A stretch of DNA of 48,720 bases from a virus (lineage: Duplodnaviria > Caudoviricetes): positions 1 to 48,720 of the IMG/VR virus record IMGVR_UViG_3300027255_000007; one strand, 5' to 3'. A program made the position numbers and the translations under genes. The notes under the pieces are model-generated. The model searched no databases and was not told where the DNA came from. It worked only from the letters and a program-made list of their open reading frames with translations. Shown piece after piece: positions 19,962 through 31,200 of this stretch (the stretch's first letter is position 1; every line of letters starts with the position of its first letter).

Positions 19962-21506
19962 TTATCTCCTATCCGATGGGTATACATCAATACCTATTAA
20001 AGCTAATCTCCAATAGTCATCACTACTGATTTTATAATTAAGTAATCTGCCACTGGTTCTTGGGTCTACTTTATAACCTTGATTTCTTTCATTGTTAGGT
20101 AAGAATTCAAACACATCTCTTCCACTTGTATTAGACCAATCAGGATCTAATACATAATTATTTTGGCTAGTAACTGTAATGTTAATTGAAGAATCAAGAG
20201 GTACTTTATCAAATATAGGAGTAATTGAACTCATAAATAAACTACCAAGAGTATCTCCTGAGTTTAATTTTTCTCTTGCCACAAACGACTCATAGTTAAC
20301 AAAGTCATAACCATCCCACATTTGGTATCCTTCATCTACAACAAAAGAATAGTTACTATTATTTAACATAACCAATCGTTCGTCTGAGTAAGCAAAACCA
20401 TTTGAAGTAGAATAAGTTTCAAATATAGAAACAATATTAGGTAAGTCCCTTATTGTCCATGTATTGTTTTTATAATTATAGATTAGAGCTTCATTACAAA
20501 GACTATTAGAACCTTTAGGATAACAAACCCAGATCTCACCCGCCTTAGAATTTTTCTTTACAATTACTTTATCCGATTTACTTTTATTTAAATTATTAAA
20601 GAAGTAATCCTTAATTCTAGTGTTTGCAACAGACTCAATACCTCCTGAACCGCTATGAATATAGATATCGTTTCTATCTACAACAAAGTGTTTGCCTTCA
20701 AACTCAGCAAAACAGCCTTGGCTCAATATGCCATTACCTTTAGCATATGGTTGTAATCTTGTACCATTATTAATAGACAATACATGGATACTATCTGATG
20801 AATAAATATACATATTACCTCTAAGCTCACCCATATCTAATATAGGTGATGTGGAGTTTATTTCAAATTCATCTGCAGTATCGGTCGTTAAACCTGGTTG
20901 CCATACTGTTGGAAATTGTCCTGTTGCTGCTTGAACAGAAATTCTAATTGTTGAGGGCGCATTAACTATTGTACCATTATCGTTAATAGTAAGGTTTGCG
21001 GCAACAAGAGAATAACCAAGAGGTTTAATTACCTCAGCAGTTATCTCCATGCCTGTAATATAATTCCATCCAGGTAATTCTTGAGGCTCCGTTCCTGCAA
21101 CTAGATCACCATGTAACATATACAAGGGTGTTGATTTACTATTATTAAACACTACTGCATAACCACCATTAAAGTAAGTAGTATGCCAAACACTATTATC
21201 ATATTTAAGATCTGAACTATTTAATAGAGGAGAAGATGTATTACCTACAGAATCTACCCTAACAATGTATCCATCTTTAAAATAAATATTATAACCAATA
21301 CTAGGTTTTCTCCAGTGCATACCATATTCGATAGTTGAAGGAGTCCCTATCACCTGATACATAGCCTCACCTGTAATAGTCTCTACAGATTCATTATTAA
21401 ATCTTACATTCCTACCGTCAGTAAAAGCATTTTCCGGTAGCAATATGGAGGGTATATCTTTAATAATACCTGCTCTACCTAAATTCAAAATCTGTTTGGT
21501 TGGCAT
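19962..21506 (-). CDS. Tail nozzle/stabilisation protein
   Basis: 514 aa, beta-rich. GIIKD.P..LP.NAF...NVRF start and EIWVCYP motif; synteny. Confidence 0.75.
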   Translation of the reverse strand: MPTKQILNLGRAGIIKDIPSILLPENAFTDGRNVRFNNESVETITGEAMYQVIGTPSTIEYGMHWRKPSIGYNIYFKDGYIVRVDSVGNTSSPLLNSSDLKYDNSVWHTTYFNGGYAVVFNNSKSTPLYMLHGDLVAGTEPQELPGWNYITGMEITAEVIKPLGYSLVAANLTINDNGTIVNAPSTIRISVQAATGQFPTVWQPGLTTDTADEFEINSTSPILDMGELRGNMYIYSSDSIHVLSINNGTRLQPYAKGNGILSQGCFAEFEGKHFVVDRNDIYIHSGSGGIESVANTRIKDYFFNNLNKSKSDKVIVKKNSKAGEIWVCYPKGSNSLCNEALIYNYKNNTWTIRDLPNIVSIFETYSTSNGFAYSDERLVMLNNSNYSFVVDEGYQMWDGYDFVNYESFVAREKLNSGDTLGSLFMSSITPIFDKVPLDSSINITVTSQNNYVLDPDWSNTSGRDVFEFLPNNERNQGYKVDPRTSGRLLNYKISSDDYWRLALIGIDVYPSDRR

Positions 21507-21523
21507 AACTGCTCCTTATTTAT

Positions 21524-22207
21524 TTATACATTTTCTTTAACAAACATTTTAACTAGAGCGCCAACAATATCTGAACGCACAACATCGTCAACTGTAAATT
21601 CAATTACTGGAATCTGAATATTATTTTTATCGCATAATTTAGTAAACTTAGTAATACCGTTTCCATTACTAACATCGGACTGAGACGCATCTCCCGATAA
21701 AATCATTTTAGAGTTTTCACCTAAACGAGTAGTAATAGCTTTAATTTCATCAAATGTTAAGTTTTGAGATTCATCGATGATTACTAAAGAGTTTTCAAAT
21801 GACCTACCTCTAATGGTTTCTAAGGGTTGCATTTGAATTGTTTTCTTACTTACTAAATAATCATATTTAGTTTTACCAAATCTATTTTCTAATACTGAAG
21901 TAATAGGCATTAACCAAGGTGATAGCTTTTCCTCAACAGTCCCTGGAAATGCACCTAATGTTCTACCCGTAGGCACATTAGCTCTACTTAATATAATATA
22001 ATCGTAACCACCTTTTAAAAACATTTGGGCTACTTTACTAGCTGAACAAAATGTTTTACCAGTTCCAGCTGGCCCTAACGCTACTGTAATTTCAAATTCA
22101 CTTATAGCATCTAGAAGCATCTGTTGGTTACGAGTCTTTGGTTGGAAATGAAATGACCTATCTTCTCTAACCATACGTTCATTGCGTTGTTTGTTGTTTC
22201 TTTTCAA
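21524..22207 (-). CDS. phoH: PhoH-family ATPase
   Basis: GPAGTGKT, RGRSF, IIDESQN, GDASQSD and DVVRS motifs. Confidence 0.95.
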   Translation of the reverse strand: MKRNNKQRNERMVREDRSFHFQPKTRNQQMLLDAISEFEITVALGPAGTGKTFCSASKVAQMFLKGGYDYIILSRANVPTGRTLGAFPGTVEEKLSPWLMPITSVLENRFGKTKYDYLVSKKTIQMQPLETIRGRSFENSLVIIDESQNLTFDEIKAITTRLGENSKMILSGDASQSDVSNGNGITKFTKLCDKNNIQIPVIEFTVDDVVRSDIVGALVKMFVKENV

Positions 22208-22211
22208 GATT

Positions 22212-22228
22212 ATTCCTATTAGGTACCG
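22212..22228 (-). promoter_or_regulatory. Putative phage promoter (CGGTACCTAATAGGAAT) upstream of phoH
   Basis: Intergenic copy of the repeated motif, oriented into the late genes. Confidence 0.7.
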
Positions 22229-22230
22229 CC

Positions 22231-22692
22231 TCAGAATACGATGCCAGGCTTATAATGCGTCTTACCTGACTCCTTAGTTGCTGTCAACTCTTGGCCTTTA
22301 AGGTCATTCTCGTTGTAAGCCACATGAACCCAACCACTGTCAGGCACTCCAGGCTTATAAAACTCTAGTATTAACTGTGTAAATTTAAAATTATCTTTAA
22401 TGTATAATGCTAAATCTTTATTATCAACTCCAGGAATTTCAATATCAGCAGCGTAACCGAAACAATGGTGACTAGTTTTACTGCCACCTACTTTGGAATT
22501 AACTTCTGGGCTACGATACCCACTAGAAATAATTACTGGACCAAATTTATCTCTTAATGGTTGTAGAATATTATCAACTAATCTTTGTAAATTAGCTGTA
22601 ACGGTTTCATCAGGTGTATTATCTATACCGTAGCGTATAGCTAAATCTGATTTTGTAAGTTCTTCTAAACTAAAATTTTTACTTAGTTTCAT
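22231..22692 (-). CDS. Endolysin, peptidase M15A
   Basis: LSKNFSL.E, SGYRS, SHH..G.AAD and WVHV zinc-binding motifs. Confidence 0.9.
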   Translation of the reverse strand: MKLSKNFSLEELTKSDLAIRYGIDNTPDETVTANLQRLVDNILQPLRDKFGPVIISSGYRSPEVNSKVGGSKTSHHCFGYAADIEIPGVDNKDLALYIKDNFKFTQLILEFYKPGVPDSGWVHVAYNENDLKGQELTATKESGKTHYKPGIVF

Positions 22693-22892
22693 TAAATAAT
22701 ATCAGCCTTTCTAGGTTTACTTAAATCAAGACAAGTGGTCTGGAAAGCAATAACATCAGGATCTGCTCTAAGAACTAACTCTGCCCTGTTATTTTGATTA
22801 GTACATTCTTCGATGCTAGCTGATATAGCACCATTATCGAATTGACAAACATTGTTAGCTAAACAATAGAATAGCACAGGTAGGAATACCAT
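22692..22892 (-). CDS. Small Cys-containing protein in the lysis cassette
   Basis: Hydrophobic N-terminus; coupled to the endolysin. Confidence 0.55.
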   Translation of the reverse strand: MVFLPVLFYCLANNVCQFDNGAISASIEECTNQNNRAELVLRADPDVIAFQTTCLDLSKPRKADII

Positions 22893-22902
22893 AGTAACCT
22901 CC

Positions 22903-23331
22903 TTATTTAATGTTTAATTTACTGCTAATTAATTGTTTAACCATACCGCGCATACCATAGATAACTACAATCATACCGATAATAGTATACTGGTACCACT
23001 CAGGCATACTCTTAATTACTTCGAATCCAGCTAAAGAATACTTCTCCATACCTGGAATAAATGCCATGACCATAGGTGCTAAGAAAATAACTAGTACCAG
23101 TTCATCCTTCCAGCTCTTACCCATTTGTTCCATAGCAATTTTATCTAAATCAAAATCTTGTTGTTGACCTGATTCAGCAGCATTAATAGCAGCAATTGCT
23201 TTAGCTTTCTTAATATCAGCTTCAGCAGAGATCTCTATTAACCTAGCTTCTGCTTTAGCCTTTGTTTCTTCTTGTTTTCCTTTGAGCCAGGTACCACCTA
23301 TCTCAACAAGACTTCCAAGTAAGGGTAACAT
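22903..23331 (-). CDS. Putative holin (3TM type)
   Basis: SWKDE followed by TM segments, PEWY and YGMRG; upstream of the endolysin. Confidence 0.75.
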   Translation of the reverse strand: MLPLLGSLVEIGGTWLKGKQEETKAKAEARLIEISAEADIKKAKAIAAINAAESGQQQDFDLDKIAMEQMGKSWKDELVLVIFLAPMVMAFIPGMEKYSLAGFEVIKSMPEWYQYTIIGMIVVIYGMRGMVKQLISSKLNIK

Positions 23332-23349
23332 AGTACACCTCCTTAATAA

Positions 23350-23793
23350 TTAGAATTGTCCTTTAGTCATAATAACCCAGACAAGACCAGCAATAGCCGC
23401 TACACCTGTTATAACACAGATAGCAATTATTGTACCGTTAATCCAAGACCAAATAAGTTCTTTACGTTTAATCTTAGCGAGTAATATCTCTCTAGCTTCT
23501 GCCTCACGCTTACGTTTAGCTTCTGCTTGAAAATATAACCAATCATCCCATAGTCCAGGGCGACCTTGGTAAATAAACATTTCTTTTATTTGTTCTTCAT
23601 TTTGTTTAATAGATTCAAGAGCAAAGAAAGCTTCTGAGTCAGATCCTGACTGATTAGCCTTCTTAGCTATTTTAGCCTTGTTATCAAAGAATGAGAAGAT
23701 ATGCTGGCCAGCAGCCATGATGTCACCACCATTAGCAATCGTCTCCTTAATTACTGCAAAGGCAGCGTTTGCTACGGCAAGTTCAGCAAGCAT
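23350..23793 (-). CDS. Hypothetical membrane-anchored protein
   Basis: MLAELAVANAAF start and a C-terminal TM helix. Confidence 0.7.
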   Translation of the reverse strand: MLAELAVANAAFAVIKETIANGGDIMAAGQHIFSFFDNKAKIAKKANQSGSDSEAFFALESIKQNEEQIKEMFIYQGRPGLWDDWLYFQAEAKRKREAEAREILLAKIKRKELIWSWINGTIIAICVITGVAAIAGLVWVIMTKGQF

Positions 23794-23808
23794 ATTTATT
23801 CTCCATTC

Positions 23809-24030
23809 TTATTTTCTATATTCTGAAATCATAAACGAAAAGGCTGTAACTACACCTGCAATCCATAAGACAGGTTTTGCAGCAGTAGCAATCCATTCTA
23901 ACACGGTAAATGCACCCTGTGCTGCAGAAAAGGCCCTAACAACTTCTTGTGTTTCGTTATTTAATTTATCTACCTTAGCTTCTAAGGTAATTAACCTATC
24001 ATAAATTTCTTGGTGTGTTACTTCTTTCAT
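23809..24030 (-). CDS. Small coiled-coil plus TM protein (holin/XhlA-like)
   Basis: RLITLEAKVD coiled coil and a hydrophobic C-terminus. Confidence 0.6.
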   Translation of the reverse strand: MKEVTHQEIYDRLITLEAKVDKLNNETQEVVRAFSAAQGAFTVLEWIATAAKPVLWIAGVVTAFSFMISEYRK

Positions 24031-24240
24031 TTATTCCTCTTTAGGTCTTTCAAGCGAAGATGCCAGCATAGATACAAAGGCATTATGTCCTACTTGTAGT
24101 TGGTCAACATTGAATTTTGCTGATGAAAGCTTACGTTCTAAATCTGCAATATGATTAAGAATCATTTTTTCTTCTTCATTCATATCTGCAATTAGATATT
24201 CTTTATCATTAAGTGTAATGGTTGTTTTTGTATTTTCCAT
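24031..24240 (-). CDS. Hypothetical coiled-coil protein
   Basis: ITLNDKEY...DL.RKL pattern; operon packing. Confidence 0.65.
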   Translation of the reverse strand: MENTKTTITLNDKEYLIADMNEEEKMILNHIADLERKLSSAKFNVDQLQVGHNAFVSMLASSLERPKEE

Positions 24241-24276
24241 TTTATTTGTTTAGTCTTTATTTAAGTTATTTTAAAT

Positions 24277-24501
24277 TTAGCGTTTCCATTTATTTAAAGG
24301 GCAGCTGTTTGTCATAAACCGTACTTTGGCCCATGTTGGGCAACTGCACTCAGTGCATAAAGTCTTAGGTGCGTCCGGTATTAAATTACCAATGGCATCT
24401 ATAAAGAAGTATAACGGATCGTGGCTCATGTCTTTTTGTTTATCACATGCCAAGCAAATAGCCATACGTTCATCAATAATATCTTGTTCAGGTAATATCA
24501 T
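24277..24501 (-). CDS. Cys-rich protein (DUF6171-like)
   Basis: R..IC..C ... C.EC.C...AK......CP..KW; ATGA overlap with the upstream gene. Confidence 0.7.
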   Translation of the reverse strand: MILPEQDIIDERMAICLACDKQKDMSHDPLYFFIDAIGNLIPDAPKTLCTECSCPTWAKVRFMTNSCPLNKWKR

Positions 24502-24875
24502 CGTAATTCAGCCCATCTAGAAATGCTCATACCTCTTAATTGATACGTATTACCAGCAGGTACAATAAAGGAAAGAGGAAACCATGAATATTGTGGAATA
24601 CCACAGCAATCTTGCGTGTACGATTCTAGAATCGTAACACCATTTACTACGGCAATTGCACGTTTTGTACTGAGAGTACTTTGCGCCTGAATACTGGCCG
24701 TAACCTGAATAGGTTTACCTGTGTCATTAGTATACGTTGTATTTAGCGATCGGGATCCTGTAACATCTTGCCATGTTTGATCTACACCAATACTTGAACC
24801 ACCACCACTTGCAGCAGTGGTTTGTGTAGTTGAATCAGGAAAAGTTATCCCAGTGCTAGTTAATGTAGTTGCCAT
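24498..24875 (-). CDS. Small tail-fibre-related protein
   Basis: GITFPDSTTQTTA, QTWQDVTGSR..NTTYTN.TGKPI, FIVPAG and WAELR fibre-tip motifs. Confidence 0.7.
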   Translation of the reverse strand: MATTLTSTGITFPDSTTQTTAASGGGSSIGVDQTWQDVTGSRSLNTTYTNDTGKPIQVTASIQAQSTLSTKRAIAVVNGVTILESYTQDCCGIPQYSWFPLSFIVPAGNTYQLRGMSISRWAELR

Positions 24876-24877
24876 AT

Positions 24878-25234
24878 TTATCCCTCTGTATTAGCACTAG
24901 CAGCCCACGGCATTTGTGTGTCTACTACTGGTTTAACTTTTTCATCAATTTGTTCTTGGATCTTTAAATTCACATGCTCTTCATAACCGTCTACAACTAC
25001 AGATTGAATCCACGCAAGCACATCTGCTTCTGTAAGTTGATCAAAAGGAATAAATGGTCCTGAATCATCTGTAGGGTCTACTGTAAATGGTGTTGCACCA
25101 GCAAACATACCCTCATTACCATTTTCATCAAATCCCCTCTTTTCCCAGTAGGTCTGTACTACTGCACTTTTCTTACTATCTGTGACATCTTTAGTCTTTA
25201 GACCAGTAATTTTCCATGTATACGTAATCGCCAT
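24878..25234 (-). CDS. Tail fibre accessory/assembly protein
   Basis: YTWKI...FIPFDQLTEADVLAW...PW pattern; follows the long fibre. Confidence 0.65.
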   Translation of the reverse strand: MAITYTWKITGLKTKDVTDSKKSAVVQTYWEKRGFDENGNEGMFAGATPFTVDPTDDSGPFIPFDQLTEADVLAWIQSVVVDGYEEHVNLKIQEQIDEKVKPVVDTQMPWAASANTEG

Positions 25235-25247
25235 TTTCTTTTCTCCT

Positions 25248-25277
25248 AAAATAAGGAGGGAGCCGAAACCCCCTCCG
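25248..25277 (-). terminator. Terminator-like hairpin after the long fibre
   Basis: On the - strand: GGAGGGGGT-TTCG-GCTCCCTCC followed by TTATTTT. Confidence 0.75.
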
Positions 25278-25285
25278 TGGCTAAT

Positions 25286-28200
25286 TTAAATTAATTTTGA
25301 TTTAAGTTCTTCGATTTGCTTTTGTTGCTCTTTAATAGCCTCAATTAACAAACCTACCATATTACCATAGGCAACGGATAAATGTGCGCCATCTACAACC
25401 GCTTCAGGTAAAACTTCTTTTACTTCTTGAGCAATAACCCCAACCTGCCTAGTTTTATTATCACCGTCTTTTCGTGTGTATGTTACACCACGTAGCTTCA
25501 ATGTTTTCTCTAGTGCATTTGGTATTGTTTCAATATTATCTTTTAAACGAATATCAGAGGCAGCAACAATAGAGCCTGCTGCATTAATTGACGTACCTGT
25601 AGAAGACAAGTCTGCGTAATAAGCAGTGTTGTTGCTATCGTAGAAGATAGGGGCGCGACTTGAGCCATACGCAATGGTATAAGAAGTATAAACCCTAAAC
25701 TCGTCATTACCACCAGCAGTAATACCAACAATATCAGTGCCCGGTCTCCAGATACCTGTGTTTAAGTCAGCAGTCCATGTAAAGCTAGGGCTACTTACGG
25801 TGTCAGCATCAATACCTTGGAAACCGCCACTAGTTGTGCTAGTAGCGTTGAAGGTGGGTGCGTTAATAGTTCCCGTTGTAGTACCACCAGTTAATGGTAA
25901 CTTAGTGCTATCCGCTACGGTAATGTTTGCAGAGCCGTTAAACGACACGCCGTTGATTGTACGTGCAGTTTGTAGGGTTGTAGCTGTGACGGCGTTTTCG
26001 TTGTACTTCAAAGGCCTGTACGCAGTCACAGTAGTTTGTGTCGTACCTGTCAGGCTTGTTTGATGCGTAATTGAAAATTGATCTGCGTAATCACCGTCAA
26101 CCTGCGTATATCCATTGACAACACTAACAACATCTAGGCCAGTGTAAGATGCCGCAGGAATTGCTACCCAAAGGTTATATGCGCTGTCATAACCAAAACG
26201 AACTTCAATGCTTGTGCTTGACCCATCAATAAGACTAGCTTCCGGTGAGTACCAGTAGTTTCCACCATAGTTATACCCGCTTACTCGAATATCAAAGCTC
26301 CCGTAGCTTTGATAAACTCGAATAATAAAAGACATCATCCAGCTAGTAGCAGGGAGTATTTTAATTTTGTAATACCCAGAGTTACCCGCTGTAGTGCCGT
26401 AATGAATTCTTTGGTGAAAAGCACTGGAGGCTTTTGAGTTAAGCGTGGTTGCGTTACCCGCGCTGCCAGCAGATGAAGCATAGCCAGCGCTGTCAGCATA
26501 ACCTACTTGAACATCAGCGTGGCCACTATCTCCGTAATACCCATACAAACGCCAATAGCTCCCTGTCCAGTATGTTTGCACACTGTAGTCACTATTATCA
26601 TCACGGCGGTACAAACGAGTAACACCACGACTATTACGGCTATCGCTGTTCAGACTTGAGTTGTAAGTAGTTGTGACGTAGTTGCTGTGACTATGCCCCG
26701 GTAAAGCCGCATAGGTGCCTACGTTAGAAGAATCTACGACAGTGCGCCATGCTTGCCATGTGCCGTTGTTTTTTCCACGTAAAGCAATCTGACCAGAACG
26801 ATAGTCACCAGCAATTTGATGTTGCCAAGAATCGCTGTAACGCTGTGAGTACAAGGCTCCATCTGTTGAATTGCCACTGAAGTTTGTAACACCTGCTGTG
26901 TAGTAACTAATGCCGTTGCTATTTATTGTGTCTGCGTTAACAGCGCTGTTGCTGCCAGTGTTCACAAAACCCCATCCATCAATCTGATCCGCCGAGCCTG
27001 CTGTAGTAGCATAATCAGCAGTAGATGCAGAACCTGCTGAGTCAGCGTATCCAGCCGACATTTTGCGCCAAGAACCCCAAGTACCGCTTTCTAAGTCTCT
27101 AGCCCAGAGGTATGTTCCGCCACTTTGAGCCTGTCTTGCCCAGTAAAGTTGAGAGGCATACTGGCTTATAGAATACTCATTACCAAGACCTAACGTAAAC
27201 CCATAGAACTGATGAGATCCTACGCCAGTTGGTCCATTAGTGCCAGCTTGTACATACCTAGCGCCGAAATTGGGAACGCTATTAAAGTTGGTAGTAGTGT
27301 TGTGATTTGCACCCATGTTGTTAAACAACCGATGCTCGTCAGAAATACTATCAATGCTGTGATTATGGCTGTTATCACCAACCGTGGTAGCTACACTAAC
27401 AGTCCAGTTTCCTGAACCATCAACCGAAGCATTACCTGAACCAGTTACATCACCTGTTAAGGTTACGGTGTTAGTGCGTGCTGTAGTCCACTTGTCGGCG
27501 TTAGGGTGGTAGTTATCAGCAAAGACTCTTTGAGTTCCGCTTGCATAGATAAGCCCCGAAACTGTTAAGCGGCTGTCAGAACCTCTAAACAGTATTCCAC
27601 TGTGAGAGTAAATAGTGTTCGCAGCCGTACGAGCTGTTACAGGGTACTCTCCACTAAACGTAGTTCCGCCTTCTGATACATAACTGTGGGTGTGACTAGA
27701 CTCAGCGTACTTCCCATCAAGATCAACAGTAACTGCTGTCAAACCAGAACGGTTTAGCGTAAGAACACCCGTACCTGTATCAAAAGCAGCACTTGTCACA
27801 TAGTTATTAGTGTCGGTGTTGGTGTCAGACCAAGGGACGTTGACAACAGCTTGACCAGAATTATTAACCTGAACACCGTAAGTTCTTCCTGATGTAGCTG
27901 TTACGGCGTTTGCTGCTACTGTTTGGACAGTATCATCTTCAAGTTTAATCAGACCTAAAGTGCTTGCAGTTGCTTGGCTGTAAGTAGTGTCGGTGTCCAC
28001 CCAAGGGACGTTAACAACCATTTGATTAGCAGAGTTAAGCTGAATACCATAAGTGCGACTACCCGCAGCAGAAATAGGGTTTGCTGGTACTGATTGGTCT
28101 GCATCGCTAAACAATTCTACAAGACCAGGTATATTGGCAGTAGCGATATTGTAAGTTGTATTTGACCAAGGAACGTTAACAACCATCTGGTTATCAGAGT

Positions 28201-31200
28201 TAAGCTGAATGCCATAGGTTCTGCCAGCAGTCGCCGTTACAGCGTTTGCTGCTATTGATTGGTCTGTGTCACTAAACAACTCTACAATACCAGCCACAGT
28301 AGAAGTAGCAATGTTGTAGGTTGTATTTGACCAAGGAACGTTAACAACCATCTGATCTAATTCGTTAAGCTGGATGCCATAAGTGCGTCCAATTGCAGCG
28401 GAAATAGGGTTTGCTGTTATTGTTTGGTCTACGTCAGATTCTAATTTAACTATTCCTGCTACTGTTGAAGTAGCAAGACTGTATGTAGGAATATTGGCGT
28501 TAATTGTTAATGAGTCTGCTGCTGGATCTGTTGTTAAACTAATATTGCTACCTGCTACAAAAGTCAACGTATCGTTGTTATTATCAGCAATAACTGTAGG
28601 CTGGCCCGAAACGGCAATATTCTTAAAGATGTTCTGCTGAGATCCGCGATCCGTGTTTGTCAACGTAAGTGAAGTAGCATAAGCTTGGTTTGCTGTACCT
28701 AACTGACCGCCGCCAGACAAACCTGTGCTGGTGTTAACAGTGAACGAACCATCACCAACACTAATAGAATTACCACTAGCCGCTGTAACATGACCTCTAG
28801 CATCTACTGTGATAGATGGAATAGAAGTGCTTGAACCATAAGTTCCAGCGGTTACAGTTGAATCAGCGTGACTAATTGTTCGGTTAGAAGCTAAACTACC
28901 CCCTCCACTTAGACCAGTACCTGCAGATATTGTGGTTGACTTATCTGCCTTTAAACCAATATTAGTAGAGACTGTTGTAGCAAAGTTGGCATCGTCTCCT
29001 AGGGCTGCTGCTAACTCATTAAGTGTGTTTAATGTAGTAGGTGCAGTATCTACAAGACTAGAAATAGCGCTATCCGTATAATCATTAGCAGATGTTAAGG
29101 TATTAGTATCACCCGAAGATCTTGCAGAAGCCTCGTCTGAAATTGCCGTAGCCCTTGCAGTCGCCTCTGCATCAATTGCCGTTTGAAGTGCAGTATCAGC
29201 TGAAGCTCTTGTAGATGCCTCCGTATCTAAAGTGCTTTGCAAATTAGTAATAGCACTAATTGGGTGTTGATCCTCAGCACCTCTACCTGTTAAAGCAGAG
29301 TGGCTTGTAGCGCTAAAGGCAGTAGCAGTAGACACTTCACGACCTGTTAATCTATACACAGCAGCAATAGCAACGTGTGGTGTATTTTGAGTGTAAGCAG
29401 TGTCTACTCTTAGAATAACATGATACATTGGAACTAACTCAGGGACTGGAAGTCCATAGTCGCCAAATGTTTCGGCCTCAATATCTTCAATCTTGTTAGA
29501 TTGATTATGACCCATAATTGCTTTAACAGGATACACACTATCATTAGTAGCTACAATCCAGTAGCTCATGTAGTTGTTGTTAGTAACATCCACTAAACTA
29601 CCTACACCACCAGATACAGGGTTATATCTTGCAAGAGCAGTTCCTGCCACCCAAGGTACAGTACTTGCTGTAGTCTGAACATAAGTAGTTCCACTTAAGT
29701 ATACAGTAGGTATTACTGCAGCACCCTCTAGAACTTGTTGATAAGGTAGGCTAGGCGTAGCCGAATGAGCAATAGAGTGTACAACATCTTCGTCTGCAAT
29801 ACTAATTGGGTTGCTAAATGCAAGTGAAATATTAGCTTCATTAAGTAGCGTATAACTAGCATTACCACCTGACCGCCATACAGAGCCTTGTTCAATATGC
29901 TTAGACAGATGCCATTGGGTATCCCTATGCGCAGAGTGTCTTTCATCACCAAAGATAAGAGCCTTTTGAGCTACTGAATCCCAATAAACATAGGATACAA
30001 GAGCATTGGTAATGATTCCGCCATAATCGCCAATATTACCTTCAGCAAGGGCTTCTGTAGTTGGATTAAAATAAACATACCTACCACCAGACGTATTTGT
30101 AATTGTAATACTTAATGGTGAAGATACTTCATACTTTTTACCACGATAGTAAATTACAGTAGTAGTCGTGGGAGTTAATGTTAATACTCTTGTAACTGTA
30201 TTAAAAGATAATGTGCTGTCTGTTCTATTAACAAACCCAGTCATATCTAAAGTTACTGCACCAACATCTTCTGTAGCCCTAGAAGTTAAATAATATTTAT
30301 TTGCTGTACCTTCAGAAAGATCATCAGTATCAAATACTGACAAGGTAATTGCTGTGCCTTCCCATATAGTACCATTGTAAACATACATCTTCTTGGTTGT
30401 ACTATTCCAATAGAGTGCGCCTTCAAGTAAGGCATCTCCATCGTTATCTAATGTTGGTTCTTCTTCTTTAGGCCCAAGGTATCGATCATCAAATTGATCA
30501 TAGGAAAGAGCTGCTGATTCTGCTGATAGTGCTGAAGCAGCTGCCGATTGAGCAGAGGCAAAAGCAGATGCGGCAGAAGCCTGTGCGGAAATTTCTGAAT
30601 TAACTGCAGAATTAGTAGATTGAATATTAGAAGTATTTGCGTTAGTTTCTGAAACTAAAGCAGCTGCAGCACTCGTACTTGCGCTAGCTGAACTTTGTTG
30701 TGCATTATATGCGCTTTGTGAAGCAGAAGCTGAAGAAGCTAATGCAGAATTACTGGCGGATAAAGCAGTACCTTCACTAGCTAAGGCATTAGAAGCTGAG
30801 GAGGCTGCATTAATCGCATTTGTAGAAGCAGAATTTGCACTAGTGGCTGCATTAGATTCGCTGGTAGCAGCATTACTTGCACTGGTAAATGCGTTAGAGG
30901 CACTTGTTAAAGCGTTAGCTGCTGCTGTACTAGCAGTTGAGGCATCGGAAGCAGCTGTGCCTGCGCTAGTTGATGCAGAGTTTGAGCTAGCTAATGCAGC
31001 AGATGCGCTAACAGCCGCAGCATTTGCACTTGTTGCAGCATTGCTTTCACTTGTTTCCGCATTATTTTCGCTAGTAGCAGCATTACTTGCACTGGTAGAT
31101 GCAAGCTCTGCATTTTCTGCAGCAATAAGTTCAATAGCGGCAATAGCCTCTGCACTACTTGCAGCATTCGATGCGTAAGTTTCTGCACTACTTTCACTAG

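Noticed and set aside
27825-28485. Repeats as a CRISPR array or a DGR template/variable pair
   Set aside because: They are in-frame whole-unit protein repeats without unique spacers; no cas or reverse transcriptase gene is in the window.
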